Shown: positions 48,820 through 60,597, numbered from the stretch's first letter. The stretch is DNA of 64,000 nucleotides from an uncultured Actinomycetota bacterium (GCA_963829525.1 CAWHIJ010000003.1:128001-192000); one strand, 5' to 3'. The notes: generated by a model from the sequence alone, not told the origin. Translations and numbers: made by a program.

Positions 48820-51379
48820 GGGCGAGCGACGCACCATCGGGAGCAGCGTCCACCGTGACGATGTCGCCGTCGTGGACGTCGCCGCCGATGATCAATCGGG
48901 CGAGCGCATCTCCGATCTCGGTCTGGATCAGTCGGCGGAGTGGACGCGCACCGTACGCCGGGTCGTAGCCCTCACGCGCCAGCCACGAACTGGCCCCATC
49001 AGTGACGTCCAGAACAATTCGCCGATCGGCCAACCGCTTGGCAAGCAGAAGCACCTGAAGCCGAACGATTTGAGCAAGCTCGGCTTCCGACAGTGCGTCG
49101 AAGAGCACGACGTCGTCAAGGCGGTTGAGGAACTCCGGCTTGAAGGTGGAGCGCACCATGGACATCACACGATCGCGCTTGGTGGCAGCGTCAAGGTCGG
49201 GATCGACCAGATAGGTCGACCCCAGGTTCGACGTCAGGACCAGCAGCGCATTGGTGAAATCGACGACGCGACCCTGTCCGTCAGTCAGGCGACCGTCATC
49301 GAGCACCTGGAGCAGCACGTCGAAGACCTCGGGGTGCGCCTTCTCGACCTCATCGAGCAGGACAACGGAGTAGGGACGACGGCGAACGGCCTCGGTCAGC
49401 TGTCCGCCCTCTTCATAGCCGATGTATCCGGGAGGTGCACCGACCAACCGGGCCACCGAGTGCTTCTCCCCGTACTCGCTCATGTCGATCCGCACCATGG
49501 CGTGCGGGTCGTCGAAGAGGAAGTCGGCAAGCGCCTTGGCCAGCTCAGTCTTGCCGACACCGGTGGGGCCCAGGAAGAGGAACGACCCGGTCGGGCGGTT
49601 CGGGTCGGCAATCCCGGCACGTGACCGACGCACGGCGTCCGAGACAGCGCCGATGGCCTCGCGCTGGCCAATCACCTGCTTGCCCAGCTCGTCCTCCATG
49701 CGCAGCAGCTTGGCGGCCTCGCCTTCGAGCAGCCGCCCCGCGGGTATGCCCGTCCAGGCAGCCACCACCTCCGCGATGTCATCTGGCCCAACGGTTTCCT
49801 TCACCATGGGAACCGTCTCGTCCGCGGTCGCCGCCGCTTCGACGATCTGTTTCTCGAGCGCAGGGATCTCTCCGTAGAGCAGAGCCGATGCCGTTGCGAG
49901 GTCGCCGTCACGCTGTGCTCGTTCGGCTTCGACGCGCTTGGAGTCAACCAGCTCTTTCAGCTCACCGACGCGGTTCAGCCCGGCCTTCTCCTGTTCCCAC
50001 CTGGCCTGCAGGGCACCGAGCTGCTCTTGCAGATCGGCAAGGTCGGCGCGCAGCTTCTGGAGTCGCTCCTTGGATGCCTCGTCGGTCTCACGAGCAAGCG
50101 CCATCTCCTCCATGAGCATGCGGTCGACCTGACGCTGCAGCTGGTCAACCTCGACCGGGCTGGAATCGATCTCCATCCGTAGCCGCGATGCCGCCTCATC
50201 AACCAGGTCAATCGCCTTGTCAGGAAGCTGCCGCGCGGGGATGTAGCGCTGCGAAAGACTCGCTGCGGCCACGAGCGCGGCGTCCTCGATCTGGACCTTG
50301 TGGTGCGCCTCGTACCGCTCCTTGAGCCCACGCAGGATCGCGACCGTGTCCTCGACACTTGGCTCGTCGACGAGCACCTGTTGGAAGCGACGCTCCAGCG
50401 CCGGATCCTTCTCGACGTGCTCACGGAACTCGTCGAGCGTCGTGGCCCCAATCATTCTCAGCTCTCCGCGAGCCAACATCGGCTTGAGCATGTTGCTGGC
50501 GTCCATGGCCGAGTCGCCCGTCGCACCAGCACCCACCACGGTGTGCATCTCGTCGATGAAGGTGACCACCTGGCCGTCGGAGCCCTTGATCTCATCGAGG
50601 ACTGCCTTCAGTCGCTCCTCGAACTCGCCACGGTACTTGGCGCCGGCGACCATGGCACCGAGGTCGAGTGCCACCAGACGTTTGCCGCGCAACGACTCAG
50701 GGACGTCGCCGGCCACCATCCGTGACGCGAGCCCCTCGACGACGGCGGTCTTGCCGACTCCGGGTTCACCGATCAGCACGGGGTTGTTCTTGGTTCGCCG
50801 GGACAGGACCTGGACGACTCGGCGAATCTCGGCATCGCGCCCGATGACCGGGTCGATCTTGCCGTCACGCGCGCGCGCCGTGAGGTCGACGCCGTACTTC
50901 TCCAACGCCTGGAACGTTCCCTCTGGATCAGCGGTCGTAACTCGAGCACTTCCTCGCACCCGCTCAAGGGCGTCGCTGAGCGCCGTCTCCGTTGCAGCAG
51001 CGGCAGTGAGCACGTCAGCGGCATCGCTCGGCACACCGGCAAGCGCCAGCAGCAGATGCTCGGTGCTGACGTAGCCGTCGCCGCGCTCTTGGGCACGCTC
51101 CTGCGCTCGGGCAAGGACGCGTTGCAAAGCGCCAGACGCCTGCGGTCCGGACGCGGTGGTTCCTGCCACCCGCGGCAGCCGGGCGACAGCGGCCTCCGTC
51201 TTTGCCGAGACGTCGGCCCGGTCTACACCGATCGCCTGAAGCAGAGCAGCAGGGATGCCGTCAGACTCTGCAAGCAGCGCAGCAAGCAGATGGACGGGAT
51301 CAAGCTGCGGGTTGCCAGCGGAAACGGCCGCTTGCTGGGCGCTGGACAGAGCCTCTCGGCTGCGAGTCGTGAAGTCCAT
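48791..51379 (-). CDS. clpB: ATP-dependent chaperone ClpB
   Basis: Two AAA+ modules ([16 protein letters not shown]), coiled-coil middle domain, [18 protein letters not shown]. Confidence 0.97.
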   Translation of the reverse strand: MDFTTRSREALSSAQQAAVSAGNPQLDPVHLLAALLAESDGIPAALLQAIGVDRADVSAKTEAAVARLPRVAGTTASGPQASGALQRVLARAQERAQERGDGYVSTEHLLLALAGVPSDAADVLTAAAATETALSDALERVRGSARVTTADPEGTFQALEKYGVDLTARARDGKIDPVIGRDAEIRRVVQVLSRRTKNNPVLIGEPGVGKTAVVEGLASRMVAGDVPESLRGKRLVALDLGAMVAGAKYRGEFEERLKAVLDEIKGSDGQVVTFIDEMHTVVGAGATGDSAMDASNMLKPMLARGELRMIGATTLDEFREHVEKDPALERRFQQVLVDEPSVEDTVAILRGLKERYEAHHKVQIEDAALVAAASLSQRYIPARQLPDKAIDLVDEAASRLRMEIDSSPVEVDQLQRQVDRMLMEEMALARETDEASKERLQKLRADLADLQEQLGALQARWEQEKAGLNRVGELKELVDSKRVEAERAQRDGDLATASALLYGEIPALEKQIVEAAATADETVPMVKETVGPDDIAEVVAAWTGIPAGRLLEGEAAKLLRMEDELGKQVIGQREAIGAVSDAVRRSRAGIADPNRPTGSFLFLGPTGVGKTELAKALADFLFDDPHAMVRIDMSEYGEKHSVARLVGAPPGYIGYEEGGQLTEAVRRRPYSVVLLDEVEKAHPEVFDVLLQVLDDGRLTDGQGRVVDFTNALLVLTSNLGSTYLVDPDLDAATKRDRVMSMVRSTFKPEFLNRLDDVVLFDALSEAELAQIVRLQVLLLAKRLADRRIVLDVTDGASSWLAREGYDPAYGARPLRRLIQTEIGDALARLIIGGDVHDGDIVTVDAAPDGASLALTRSSTGRA

Positions 51380-51403
51380 GGGGTGCTCCTGGGGAAGAAG
51401 TGA

Positions 51404-51826
51404 CTAAAGAGATGAGCGGGGGGGCCGGCGCCAGACCACCACAGCAGCGCTGTCCCGCAGTACAACGTCGGTGCCGGGCGTTGTGGTCTGCTTCAGCTGG
51501 GTGATCGCGCGGTGAGCGGCGTCGAGGTCCGCCTCCAGCTGACGCACCCGAGCCCTCAGCTGGTCGGTGAGGTGCTCGAGGTCGAGGATGCGCTTGACGC
51601 CGGTCAGCCCGATGCCCTCGCCAGAGAGGTGCTGAATCTCGCGAAGCCGCTCAACATCGCGAGCTGAGTAACGGCGTCCGCCACCGGAGGTGCGCTGTGG
51701 CGTGACCAGTCCCACGCGGTCGTACTGACGCAGTGTCTGCGGATGCATCCCGGTGAGCTGCGCGACTACCGAGATGGCGAAAACAGGGGCTGTGTCGAAG
51801 TCCTCGAAGTTCATGGACATCGTCAC
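51404..51826 (-). CDS. hspR: Heat-shock repressor HspR (MerR family)
   Basis: ISVVAQLTGMHPQTLRQYDR.GLV.P.RTSGGGRRYS. Follows dnaJ. Confidence 0.93.
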   Translation of the reverse strand: MTMSMNFEDFDTAPVFAISVVAQLTGMHPQTLRQYDRVGLVTPQRTSGGGRRYSARDVERLREIQHLSGEGIGLTGVKRILDLEHLTDQLRARVRQLEADLDAAHRAITQLKQTTTPGTDVVLRDSAAVVVWRRPPRSSL

Positions 51827-52965
51827 TCCCTTCCGGCCAGCGCGATGAGGTCTGCTCTGGGGTCGTCGGAGGCGGTGGCCTCGGCATAGTCGGCCAGCGC
51901 CTTTCGGGCCTTGCCGTCGACTCGCTGCGGAACCGCAACCTCGACCGTCACAAGGAGATCGCCCTTCTTGCCCTTGACCTCAAGGCCACGCCCCTTGACG
52001 CGAAACGTTCGGCCGGACGGCGTTCCTGCTGGGATCTTGAGACTGACCGCCTCGCTGTCGAGCGTCGGCACGGTGATCTTCGACCCAAGTGCCGCCTCGA
52101 CGAACGTGATGGGCACAGTGAGCGTCAGGTGTTCGCCCTTGCGACCGAAGACCGGGTGAGCCCCAACATGGACAGTGACGAGGAGGTCTCCGGCTGGTCC
52201 ACCGCTGCGACCGGGCGCTCCCTTGCCGGGGACCCTGAGAGTCCCGCCGTCCTTGATGCCTGAGGGGACGCGCACATTGACCGTTCGGGTCTGCATCGTT
52301 GCGCCAATACCGGCGCACGATGCGCACGGGTCGTCGACGACCTGGCCGCGCCCGTGGCAGGCTCGGCAAGGTTCGGCAAAGCCAAAACCACCCTGCTGGC
52401 GAACCGTCTGTCCGCTGCCGTTGCATGCCGAACACGTGTGCGGCGTAGTTCCCGGTTTGGCGCCGCTGCCGCCGCAGGTAGGGCACGCGGCCTCTGCGCG
52501 CAGCTGAACTGATGTGGTCACACCAGAAGCTGCATCTCGGAAGCTGAGGGTGATACGTCCAGTGAGGTCCTCCCCCTTCACAGGACGACGGGCGCCTGTG
52601 CGGCCACCAAAGAGCCCACCCAGCATGTCCCCCAAGTTGGACTCACCGAACAGGTCACCGAGGTTGACCGAGGTCGCGCCACCTGGTGCACCGGCACCGA
52701 AGCCGCCCGGCATTCCTCCGCCGAACGAGCCGCCATACTGACGCATCTCGTCGTACTCGCGCCGCTTGGTCTCGTCGGAGAGGACGTCGTAGGCCTCAGA
52801 GATCTCCTTGAACTTCTCTTCGGCCTTGGCGTCTCCGGCGTTGGCATCGGGGTGGAACTGCCGAGCCAACTTCCGGTACGACTTCTTGATCTCGTCTGCC
52901 GATGACGTCTTGGTGACCCCGAGCACGGCGTAGAAGTCCTTGTCGAGGTAGTCACGTGCGCTCAT
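51823..52965 (-). CDS. dnaJ: Chaperone DnaJ
   Basis: J-domain HPD, G/F region, four CxxCxGxG repeats. Confidence 0.96.
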   Translation of the reverse strand: MSARDYLDKDFYAVLGVTKTSSADEIKKSYRKLARQFHPDANAGDAKAEEKFKEISEAYDVLSDETKRREYDEMRQYGGSFGGGMPGGFGAGAPGGATSVNLGDLFGESNLGDMLGGLFGGRTGARRPVKGEDLTGRITLSFRDAASGVTTSVQLRAEAACPTCGGSGAKPGTTPHTCSACNGSGQTVRQQGGFGFAEPCRACHGRGQVVDDPCASCAGIGATMQTRTVNVRVPSGIKDGGTLRVPGKGAPGRSGGPAGDLLVTVHVGAHPVFGRKGEHLTLTVPITFVEAALGSKITVPTLDSEAVSLKIPAGTPSGRTFRVKGRGLEVKGKKGDLLVTVEVAVPQRVDGKARKALADYAEATASDDPRADLIALAGRE

Positions 52966-53055
52966 CGGTCACCTCCTTCGGCTATCTGTGCGGTTGTCCC
53001 CAGGATGAGTGTGGTGTTTGTTGTGCGAGTGCGGGTGAATGCGTCGTTCTCGGAA

Positions 53056-53649
53056 CTAGGGAGTAGGTGGGTCGGCTACCGCGACACGAGCTGGTCGCAG
53101 TACTCGACCCGCGTATCGGTAGCCCGGCTGCAGAACGGCAACGCACGTCGTCTCGGTGACGGACTCGTCCTCGGAGTGGATCAGGGCTTCATGCACGGTC
53201 GGGTCGAACGCCTCACCCGCAACGCCGTACTTCTCCAGTCCGAGTTTCTCGACCGTCGCTTCAAGCGCCTCGGCCACGGACTTGAAACCGCCACTCAACT
53301 CGTCGTGCTCTCGGGCCCGGTCAATGTCGTCGAGGACCGTCAGCAGCTCGGCCAGAACAGCGGCGGCCGCCTGGTCTCGCACGAGCTCGCGGTCGCGGTC
53401 TACCCGCTTGCGGTAGTTGGCGTACTCAGCGTGCACCCGCTGCACGTCAGCGGTTCGCTCGGAGAGCTCAGCCTCAAGCGCAGCCAGGTCTCCCTCGACC
53501 AGCTGCCCGGCGGCCTCCTCGGCCGCGAGCGCGTCGGCGGGGGAGGTGGCCGCCGGAGCGACCACCTCCCGCACCTGACCGGTCTCGGGGTCGATCCGTC
53601 GCTTGTCACGGATGACCGGACCCTTCGTACCGTCTTCGCGCTCTGTCAT
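53056..53649 (-). CDS. grpE: Nucleotide exchange factor GrpE
   Basis: [20 protein letters not shown]...VLRPARV. Confidence 0.95.
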   Translation of the reverse strand: MTEREDGTKGPVIRDKRRIDPETGQVREVVAPAATSPADALAAEEAAGQLVEGDLAALEAELSERTADVQRVHAEYANYRKRVDRDRELVRDQAAAAVLAELLTVLDDIDRAREHDELSGGFKSVAEALEATVEKLGLEKYGVAGEAFDPTVHEALIHSEDESVTETTCVAVLQPGYRYAGRVLRPARVAVADPPTP

Positions 53650-55505
53650 GCCTTCGAGCCTTCGTCTGTGTCGCTTGAGTCACTACCCTCGTCGACAACT
53701 TCAGCGTCGACGATGTCGTCGTCGCTGCCGCTGTCACCGGACGCTCCCGCCGCACCCGGAACGTCGCCGGACTGGTACATCGCAGCACCTAGCGCCTGAC
53801 TAGCCGTCGCCACCTTCTCAGCCGCTGCCTTGATCGCATCGGTGTCGGTGCCGTCGAGCGCCTTCTTCAGCTCTGCGAGTGGCTCGTCGACGTTGGACTT
53901 GGCGTCCTCCGGGATCTTGTCGGCGTTCTCAGTGATGAACCGCTCGGTCTGGTAGACCAGTGCGTCCGCTGAGTTACGCACCTCAGCCTCTTCCTTACGC
54001 GCAGCGTCATCAGCGGCGTGGCTCTCGGCGTCGGACATCATCCGGTCGATCTCTTCCTTCGACAGCGCTGAGCCACCGGAGATCTTGACCGAGTTCTCCT
54101 TGCCTGTTGCGAGATCCTTGGCGTGCACGTGAACAATTCCGTTGGCGTCGATGTCGAAGGTGACCTCGATCTGTGGAATGCCTCGTGGTGCCGGTGGAAG
54201 CCCGGTGAGGTCGAAGTCGCCGAGCTTCTTGTTGTACGCAGCGATCTCGCGCTCGCCCTGGTACACCTGGATCTGCACCTGCGGCTGGTTGTCGTCGGCG
54301 GTGGTGAAGATCTCCGACTTCTTCGTCGGGATCGTAGTGTTTCGCTCGATGAGCTTGGTCATGATGCCGCCCTTGGTCTCAATGCCGAGGGAGAGCGGAG
54401 TCACGTCAAGGAGCAGCACGTCCTTGACCTCACCCTTGAGGACGCCGGCCTGCAGCGCTGCTCCGACGGAAACGACCTCGTCGGGGTTGACCGACTTGTT
54501 CGGCTCTTTGCCGCCGGTGAGCTCGCGAACCAGGTCAGCAACAGCTGGCATACGAGTCGACCCGCCGACCAAGATGATCTGGTCGATGTCGGCCAGCTTG
54601 ACGCCGCCATCTTTGATGACGGTCTCGAAGGGGCGCCGGGTGCGCTCAAGCAGGTCGTGCGACAGGTTCTGGAACTGCGCGCGGGTAAGCGTCTCGTCGA
54701 GGAAGAGCGGGTTCTTGTCCGCGTCGATGGTGATGTACGGCAAGTTGATAGAGGTCTGCATCGAGCTCGAGAGCTCGATCTTGGCCTTCTCAGCCGCCTC
54801 GCGAACCCGCTGCATCGCCATCTTGTCCTTGGCCAGGTCGATGCCGTTGGCTGCCTTGAACCGGTCGACCAGGTGGGTCACGATCGCGTCATCCCAGTCG
54901 TCGCCACCGAGGTGGTTGTCGCCACTGGTGGCCTTCACCTCGACGACGCCCTCACCGATCTCGAGCAGGGAGACGTCGAATGTTCCTCCGCCGAGGTCGA
55001 AGACGAGAACAGTCTGCTCGAGGTCACCCTTGTCGAGACCGTAGGCGAGCGCAGCCGACGTGGGCTCGTTGATGATGCGGAGCACATTCAGACCAGCGAC
55101 CTCACCGGCCTCCTTGGTGGCCTGGCGTTGGGCGTCGTTGAAGTAGGCGGGAACGGTGACAACAGCTTCGGTCACCGGCTCGCCCAGGTAGGCCTCTGCA
55201 TCCCTCTTCAGCTTCTGCAGGACGCGGGCACTGATCTCTTGAGGCGTGTACGCCTTGCCGTCGATGTCGACTGACCAGGTCGTCCCCATGTGCCGCTTGA
55301 CCGAACGAATCGTGCGGTCGGGGTTGGTGACCGCCTGGCGCTTGGCGACCTCTCCGACCAGGACCTCGCCGTTCTTGGCAAAGGCGACGATGCTGGGCGT
55401 GGTGCGTGCCCCCTCAGCGTTCGCGATGACGGTGGGTTCGCCACCCTCCAGAACCGAGACGACCGAGTTCGTCGTCCCGAGGTCGATTCCAACGGCTCGG
55501 CCCAT
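53646..55505 (-). CDS. dnaK: Chaperone DnaK
   Basis: [38 protein letters not shown] 55505 with RBS AAGGAG. Confidence 0.97.
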   Translation of the reverse strand: MGRAVGIDLGTTNSVVSVLEGGEPTVIANAEGARTTPSIVAFAKNGEVLVGEVAKRQAVTNPDRTIRSVKRHMGTTWSVDIDGKAYTPQEISARVLQKLKRDAEAYLGEPVTEAVVTVPAYFNDAQRQATKEAGEVAGLNVLRIINEPTSAALAYGLDKGDLEQTVLVFDLGGGTFDVSLLEIGEGVVEVKATSGDNHLGGDDWDDAIVTHLVDRFKAANGIDLAKDKMAMQRVREAAEKAKIELSSSMQTSINLPYITIDADKNPLFLDETLTRAQFQNLSHDLLERTRRPFETVIKDGGVKLADIDQIILVGGSTRMPAVADLVRELTGGKEPNKSVNPDEVVSVGAALQAGVLKGEVKDVLLLDVTPLSLGIETKGGIMTKLIERNTTIPTKKSEIFTTADDNQPQVQIQVYQGEREIAAYNKKLGDFDLTGLPPAPRGIPQIEVTFDIDANGIVHVHAKDLATGKENSVKISGGSALSKEEIDRMMSDAESHAADDAARKEEAEVRNSADALVYQTERFITENADKIPEDAKSNVDEPLAELKKALDGTDTDAIKAAAEKVATASQALGAAMYQSGDVPGAAGASGDSGSDDDIVDAEVVDEGSDSSDTDEGSKA

Positions 55506-55570
55506 GGTTTTTCTCCTTCTGAGTTCCGGCACGTCGTGCCAGGTAGTCTGCGGTGAGTCCTATCAAAGAA

Positions 55571-55591
55571 CATGAGTCGCTTCGACGCAAG
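55571..55591. promoter_or_regulatory. HAIR (HspR-associated inverted repeat)
   Basis: CATGAGT-N7-ACGCAAG versus consensus CTTGAGT-N7-ACTCAAG, upstream of dnaK. Confidence 0.8.
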
Positions 55592-55610
55592 TTCATCAGT
55601 TGACATAACA

Positions 55611-55645
55611 GCGAAGACCCCCCGGAACTTCCGGGGGGTCTTCGC
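55611..55645 (-). terminator. Intrinsic terminator hairpin
   Basis: GCGAAGACCCCCCGG-AACTT-CCGGGGGGTCTTCGC downstream of the secreted-protein gene. Confidence 0.8.
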
Positions 55646-55688
55646 TTGAGAAGTGATCTAGATCACAGTATTCAGCCGGTAGGCACGC

Positions 55689-57501
55689 TCACCGCAGGGT
55701 CACGGTGACCGGCCGGCTCGTGACCTTGTCGACCGCCCGCCCTGTCCCGTTCTGCTGCTTGACGGCCTTGCCGAGGGTCCGGTAGCGGGTGGCCTTGCTC
55801 ACCTTGACCGTCCACCGTGCCGTTCCGTTGGCCGCTGTCTGTCCGCTCTGGATGGTGGCGAAGGATCCGCCTGAGCGCGGCGCTCGCTGCAGGGCGACGG
55901 GCAGGCCCCGAATGGTGTTCTTGCTGTCGGGTCGCGAGAGCTTGACGGTGAAGGTGACCTTGGCGCCCTTGCGCACCCTGGTGGAGCTCGCCTTGATCGT
56001 CGCCTTGTTCTTCGCGACCGAGACGCGCGCGATCGAGGTGCTCAGACCGTTGCTCACGCCGCCGTTGCCCACCACGCCCGCGACCCACACGTCCCACGGC
56101 GAGGTCGGATCGAGCGCAGCCCCGGTGGTGTTATCGAAGTTGGTCGTTCCACCTAGCGGCGGGACATCTACAACCCCGGAAGCCTTGGCGATGAACCGCG
56201 GATTGAGCCACTTGCCGCCCTTCTTGGCGAAGACCGCGAGTGAAGGCCCGGCGGCCGTGCCCACGTCGTTGGCCGTCAGCAGGACGTTCCCTGCCCCGTC
56301 GATCGCGAGGTCGGGGTTGAACCAGTCAGCGGTGCCTGACGCCAGCGTCTTGTCCGACGCCAACGAGACGCCCGACCCGGTGTTGATCCCGAACACCCGG
56401 ACGGCGGCCCGGCCACTGCTGTTGACGGTTGTAGCCGCATAGAGGTTGTTCTTCCGCCATGCGACTCCGGTGAACGCCAGTCCGCCGAGGTTGAGGTCGT
56501 CGCCGCTGGTCTGCACGATCACCGGGGGTGCCACCAGCGGATCGCTCGGGAACACCACGTTCTTGCTGAACTGCGGTGGTGTACTCGATGCCGGTCCCGT
56601 GTAAGTGGCGACAGTGACGTCACCGGTGTCCGGGATTGCGATGAACACGTTGGCCTGCTTGCTCGCGTTGACCGCCGGCGCCTGGCCGTCGTAGGTGTTG
56701 CTGACGCTCGCTGCCCAGCCGCCGGGCTCGGCCCCCTTGTAATAGTCCGACTTCGGGAACATGAAGATCCGGTTGGCCACCACCGCATCGCTCGGGTCGT
56801 CGGCAACCGCCGTGACGGCGATCTTGTCCGAGCTGACACCGACCAGCGGCTTGGACTCGACAACATCCAAACGGCCTGGCTCCTCCTCATCCGACGTGGC
56901 GAAAGCGAACTCGACCGGCTTCAGCCACTTCTTGCCGCTCATCGGTACGGCTGCGGTTCCCTTCGAGATTCGCATCACGAGGCCCACATCACCGCTGTTG
57001 TCGGCAACTGCGACGACGATGAACCGCTTGCCGATCGGGTCGTAGACCACCGACGCCTGAGAGACCGTGACGGGGTTGCTCAAGCCGAAGAACTGCAGCA
57101 GGGTCTTGGTAGCTCCCTTGGGGCGCACACCTGTGGACTTGACGAAGGCGCGGATGCCTCCCTGCGAGCCGTCGCTGACCGTCTGCACCACGTGCGTGGC
57201 ACCGGCGGCCACTCGAGACGCCCTGCTGCCCGGCTCCCTGGATGCCCTGCCAGGTCTGCAAGATCTGCGTGCCCTTGGCCGTCGCCGCTGCCCTCGCTGC
57301 TACAGGCTCAACACTCCGGAAGGCCGAGGGTCGGTTGCCCACCCGAGTGCCGTCGGCGGACGCAGCCACCCGGTCGGCCGACACCAGGAAGAATTCGGGG
57401 TCAGAGGGCCCGCCTGCCCCAGCTGCCGTTGCGCCACCACTCGGGGCAATCACCAGCCCTGCGGCAAGAGCACCAACGACCCCCAACGAGGCCCCACGCA
57501 T
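55689..57501 (-). CDS. Large secreted protein (about 600 aa; beta-rich body plus C-terminal Ig-like segment), indel near 57210
   Basis: Signal-like MRGASLGVVGALAAGLVIAPSGGATA in one frame joins VAAGATHVVQTV...VVYDPIGKRF...KATIKASSTRVRKGAKVTFTVKL in the next. Confidence 0.7.
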
Positions 57502-57812
57502 ACGACGCACCAACACGACAAACCTCCAGGGGGTCTTCTCTGACGCGCGACAGCGCCCCCGACAGCCACGCGCGTGCAACGCTATTGCCCGAATCGTCCC
57601 AGGGCTAGCGGCCACCCTCGCGAATCGATGTGAATAATGTATCCACTGATCGGCCAGTCAGCCAGGTTACGGTCTGGCGACGATCAGTGGCGGCGCCGAC
57701 TCTGCTCGCTAGGCTCCACTGCACCGGATCGGCGGGCCCCTCGCCCGGGGTCAGCACCAACCGTCAGCGGCTGGGTCGCTCCACACCTAGCCGCGATCAA
57801 GCAGGAGGTTTC

Positions 57813-60005
57813 GTGCGCCCAGCGCTGGCCATCGGTCTGTTGATGACACTCGTCACCGGTCTCGTCGTCGCACGACGCGGCTTCATGATCGGACGACTTA
57901 TCGGTGTGGGCCAACCGCGCCCCAAAGGGAGCCTCCCCGACCCCCGTGAACTCGTGCAGGCAGAGACAGTCGAGGTGCTTGGTCAACGCAAGCTGCTGAA
58001 GTGGACCGTGCCTGGCTTTGCACACTTCTTCGCCTTCTGGGGCTTCATCGTCCTCGGCCTGACGATCCTCGAGGCCTATGGAGCACTTTTCGACCCAGAG
58101 TTCTCGATTCCCGTTCTCGACCAGTGGTCGTTCGTGGCGTTCATCGAGGACTTCTTCGCCGTCATGGTGCTTGTGGCTCTCGTCATCTTCACCGTGATTC
58201 GGATCAAGCAGAACCCGCACCGTGTCGGTCGTCTCTCGCGCTTCTACGGCTCGCACACGGGGGCGGCGTGGCTCGTCCTCTTCATGATCTTCAACGTCGT
58301 CTGGACGCTGCTGCTCTACCGCGGCGCGCAGATCAACTCTGGCAACTTCCCATACCCCGGCGGCGCTTTCGCATCGGAGATCGTCGCCGGCTGGCTCGAG
58401 CCACTCGGCGAAGTAGCCAATGAGCGGATCGAGACGGTCGCGATCCTGCTGCAGATCGGCGTGATCCTCGCATTCATGATCATCGTGGTCTACAGCAAGC
58501 ATCTGCACATCGCGCTGGCTCCACTGAACGTGGCTTTCTCGCGGCGCCCGAACGCGCTGGGTCCGATGCTGCCCATGTACTCCGGAGGACAGCCCATCGA
58601 CTTCGAGGACCCGGGCGAGGACGACATCTTTGGCCGCGGCAAGGTCGAGGACTTTACGTGGAAGGGGCTGCTCGACTTCTCCACCTGTACCGAATGCGGG
58701 AGATGCCAGTCCCAGTGCCCTGCCTGGAACACTGGCAAGCCGCTGTCGCCGAAGCTGCTCATCATGGCGCTGCGAGACAACGCCTTCGCCCAGGCGCCTT
58801 ATCTCATCAAGCAGAAACATCCTGACTACCTCGCGTCGACGGGTGGACCCGCTCCCGCTGTCCCGGTCGAGATCACGGAGTTTCCGCAGTCGGTGCAGGA
58901 CGCCGCCGCACGTCCGCTCGTGGGGCCGACGGAGTTCGACGAGGACGGTCATGGCATCGGCGGCGGCGTCATTGACCCAGACGTTCTCTGGTCGTGCACA
59001 ACGTGTGGCGCCTGCGTCGAGCAGTGCCCGGTCGACATTGAGCACGTCGACCACATCACCGACATGCGTCGATTCCAGGTGTTGATCGAGTCGGAGTTCC
59101 CAGCTGAGCTCGGCGGTCTCTTCAAGAACCTCGAGACCAAGGGCAACCCATGGGGGATGAACGCCTCATCACGTCTTGACTGGGCCGCCGACCTGCCGTT
59201 CGAGGTGAAGGTCGTCGACGGTCCGCTCGATGGTGACACGGAGTACCTCTTCTGGGTCGGCTGTGCCGGTGCGTTCGAGGACCGTGCGAAGAAGACGACG
59301 CAAGCCGTCGCCGAGCTGCTGCACATGGCGGGCGTGACGTTCGCCGTTCTCGGCGAAGGAGAGACCTGCAGTGGTGACACCGCTCGTCGTTCTGGCAACG
59401 AGTTCCTCTTCCAGATGTTGGCGCAGCAAAACGTCGAGACGCTCAACGAGATCGGCGCAAAGAAGGTCGTCGTCACCTGCGCACACTGCTTCAACACCTT
59501 GCGAAACGAGTACCCGCAAGTGGGTGGCCACTACGAGGTCGTACACCACACGCAGCTGCTCAACACACTCGTCCGTGATGGCAAGCTCACACCGGTCTCG
59601 TCGGTGAGCGAGCAGGTGACGTACCACGACCCGTGCTACCTCGGCCGGCACAACAAGGTCTACAGCCCTCCGCGCGACTTGATCGGCGCATCTGGCGCTG
59701 AACTGACCGAGATGCCGCGTAACTCCGAGCGGGGATTTTGCTGCGGCGCCGGTGGGGCCCGCATGTGGATGGAGGAGAAGATCGGCAAGCGGGTCAACAC
59801 CGAACGCACCGAAGAGGCGATCGCGACCGGCGCAAAGACCATCGCAGTCGGCTGCCCGTTCTGCCGGGTGATGCTGAGTGACGGCGTCGCCGAGGTGCAG
59901 TCAGACGTCGAGCGCGAGGAACAGGTGCAGGTGGTCGACGTCGCCCAGCTGCTGCTCAAGGCCGCCAAGAACGGGTCGGTCAGCCAGAGCAGTTCAACCC
60001 CATAG
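57813..60005 (+). CDS. Membrane-bound Fe-S oxidoreductase (FadF/heterodisulfide-reductase-related)
   Basis: N-terminal TMs, CTECGRCQSQCP, CTTCGACVEQCP, CCG domains (YHDPCYLGR, CCGAGG). GTG 57813 after AGGAGG. Confidence 0.9.
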   Translation: MRPALAIGLLMTLVTGLVVARRGFMIGRLIGVGQPRPKGSLPDPRELVQAETVEVLGQRKLLKWTVPGFAHFFAFWGFIVLGLTILEAYGALFDPEFSIPVLDQWSFVAFIEDFFAVMVLVALVIFTVIRIKQNPHRVGRLSRFYGSHTGAAWLVLFMIFNVVWTLLLYRGAQINSGNFPYPGGAFASEIVAGWLEPLGEVANERIETVAILLQIGVILAFMIIVVYSKHLHIALAPLNVAFSRRPNALGPMLPMYSGGQPIDFEDPGEDDIFGRGKVEDFTWKGLLDFSTCTECGRCQSQCPAWNTGKPLSPKLLIMALRDNAFAQAPYLIKQKHPDYLASTGGPAPAVPVEITEFPQSVQDAAARPLVGPTEFDEDGHGIGGGVIDPDVLWSCTTCGACVEQCPVDIEHVDHITDMRRFQVLIESEFPAELGGLFKNLETKGNPWGMNASSRLDWAADLPFEVKVVDGPLDGDTEYLFWVGCAGAFEDRAKKTTQAVAELLHMAGVTFAVLGEGETCSGDTARRSGNEFLFQMLAQQNVETLNEIGAKKVVVTCAHCFNTLRNEYPQVGGHYEVVHHTQLLNTLVRDGKLTPVSSVSEQVTYHDPCYLGRHNKVYSPPRDLIGASGAELTEMPRNSERGFCCGAGGARMWMEEKIGKRVNTERTEEAIATGAKTIAVGCPFCRVMLSDGVAEVQSDVEREEQVQVVDVAQLLLKAAKNGSVSQSSSTP

Positions 60006-60212
60006 AGCAACCCACCAAGCCCGCCCAGTGCACACTCAGCTGACGCCTCAGCAGACCGAGTGCGACGCTAAATGACGCTTGGATCCGAGACCTTGTGCCG
60101 TATCGTGGAATGAAATCCCCACGATTTGGAACACCGGTGCTCCGTGTGTTGCCATATGTCTTGTTCCTATGTACTACGCCGACGTAAGTCGGCCCTTCCC
60201 TAGAGGTGTGTT

Positions 60213-60356
60213 GTGAGTTCTGTCGTCGCCCCCGTCGAGCGTCTCGTCCAGCGTTTCCAGATATGGCGCTACGAGGAGCAGCACGTTGCCCGCTCGCGCA
60301 GTCAGCGCAACGCCACCGAGCGACTGCAGATCGCCAGGGCAAGCCACCTTCACTGA
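60213..60356 (+). CDS. 47-aa small protein A (IWRY/ERL motif; not in ORF track)
   Basis: GTG start after GAGGTG: MSSVVAPVERLVQRFQIWRYEEQHVARSRSQRNATERLQIARASHLH. Ungapped similarity to the next ORF. Confidence 0.65.
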   Translation: MSSVVAPVERLVQRFQIWRYEEQHVARSRSQRNATERLQIARASHLH

Positions 60357-60414
60357 GCATGGCCCCGAGGCCGGCTAGGTCTGTCACACTCGATTCACGC
60401 GAGGGGAGACGACC

Positions 60415-60585
60415 ATGGGTGGCATCACCAAGTCCGCCAAGGACCTGTGGACGCGACTGCTCATCTGGCGTTATCGAGCCGAGCAGGCTGAAGTCGCCCG
60501 ACAGGACAGTGACTCCGAGGAACGACTCCGGATGGCCGAGGAAGGCATCTTTCCTTACGGACGCCCGAACAGCGGCTCCGTGTAG
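60415..60585 (+). CDS. 56-aa small protein B (IWRY/ERL motif; not in ORF track)
   Basis: ATG after GAGGGGAG: MGGITKSAKDLWTRLLIWRYRAEQAEVARQDSDSEERLRMAEEGIFPYGRPNSGSV. Confidence 0.7.
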   Translation: MGGITKSAKDLWTRLLIWRYRAEQAEVARQDSDSEERLRMAEEGIFPYGRPNSGSV

Positions 60586-60597
60586 AGAACCCGTGCG

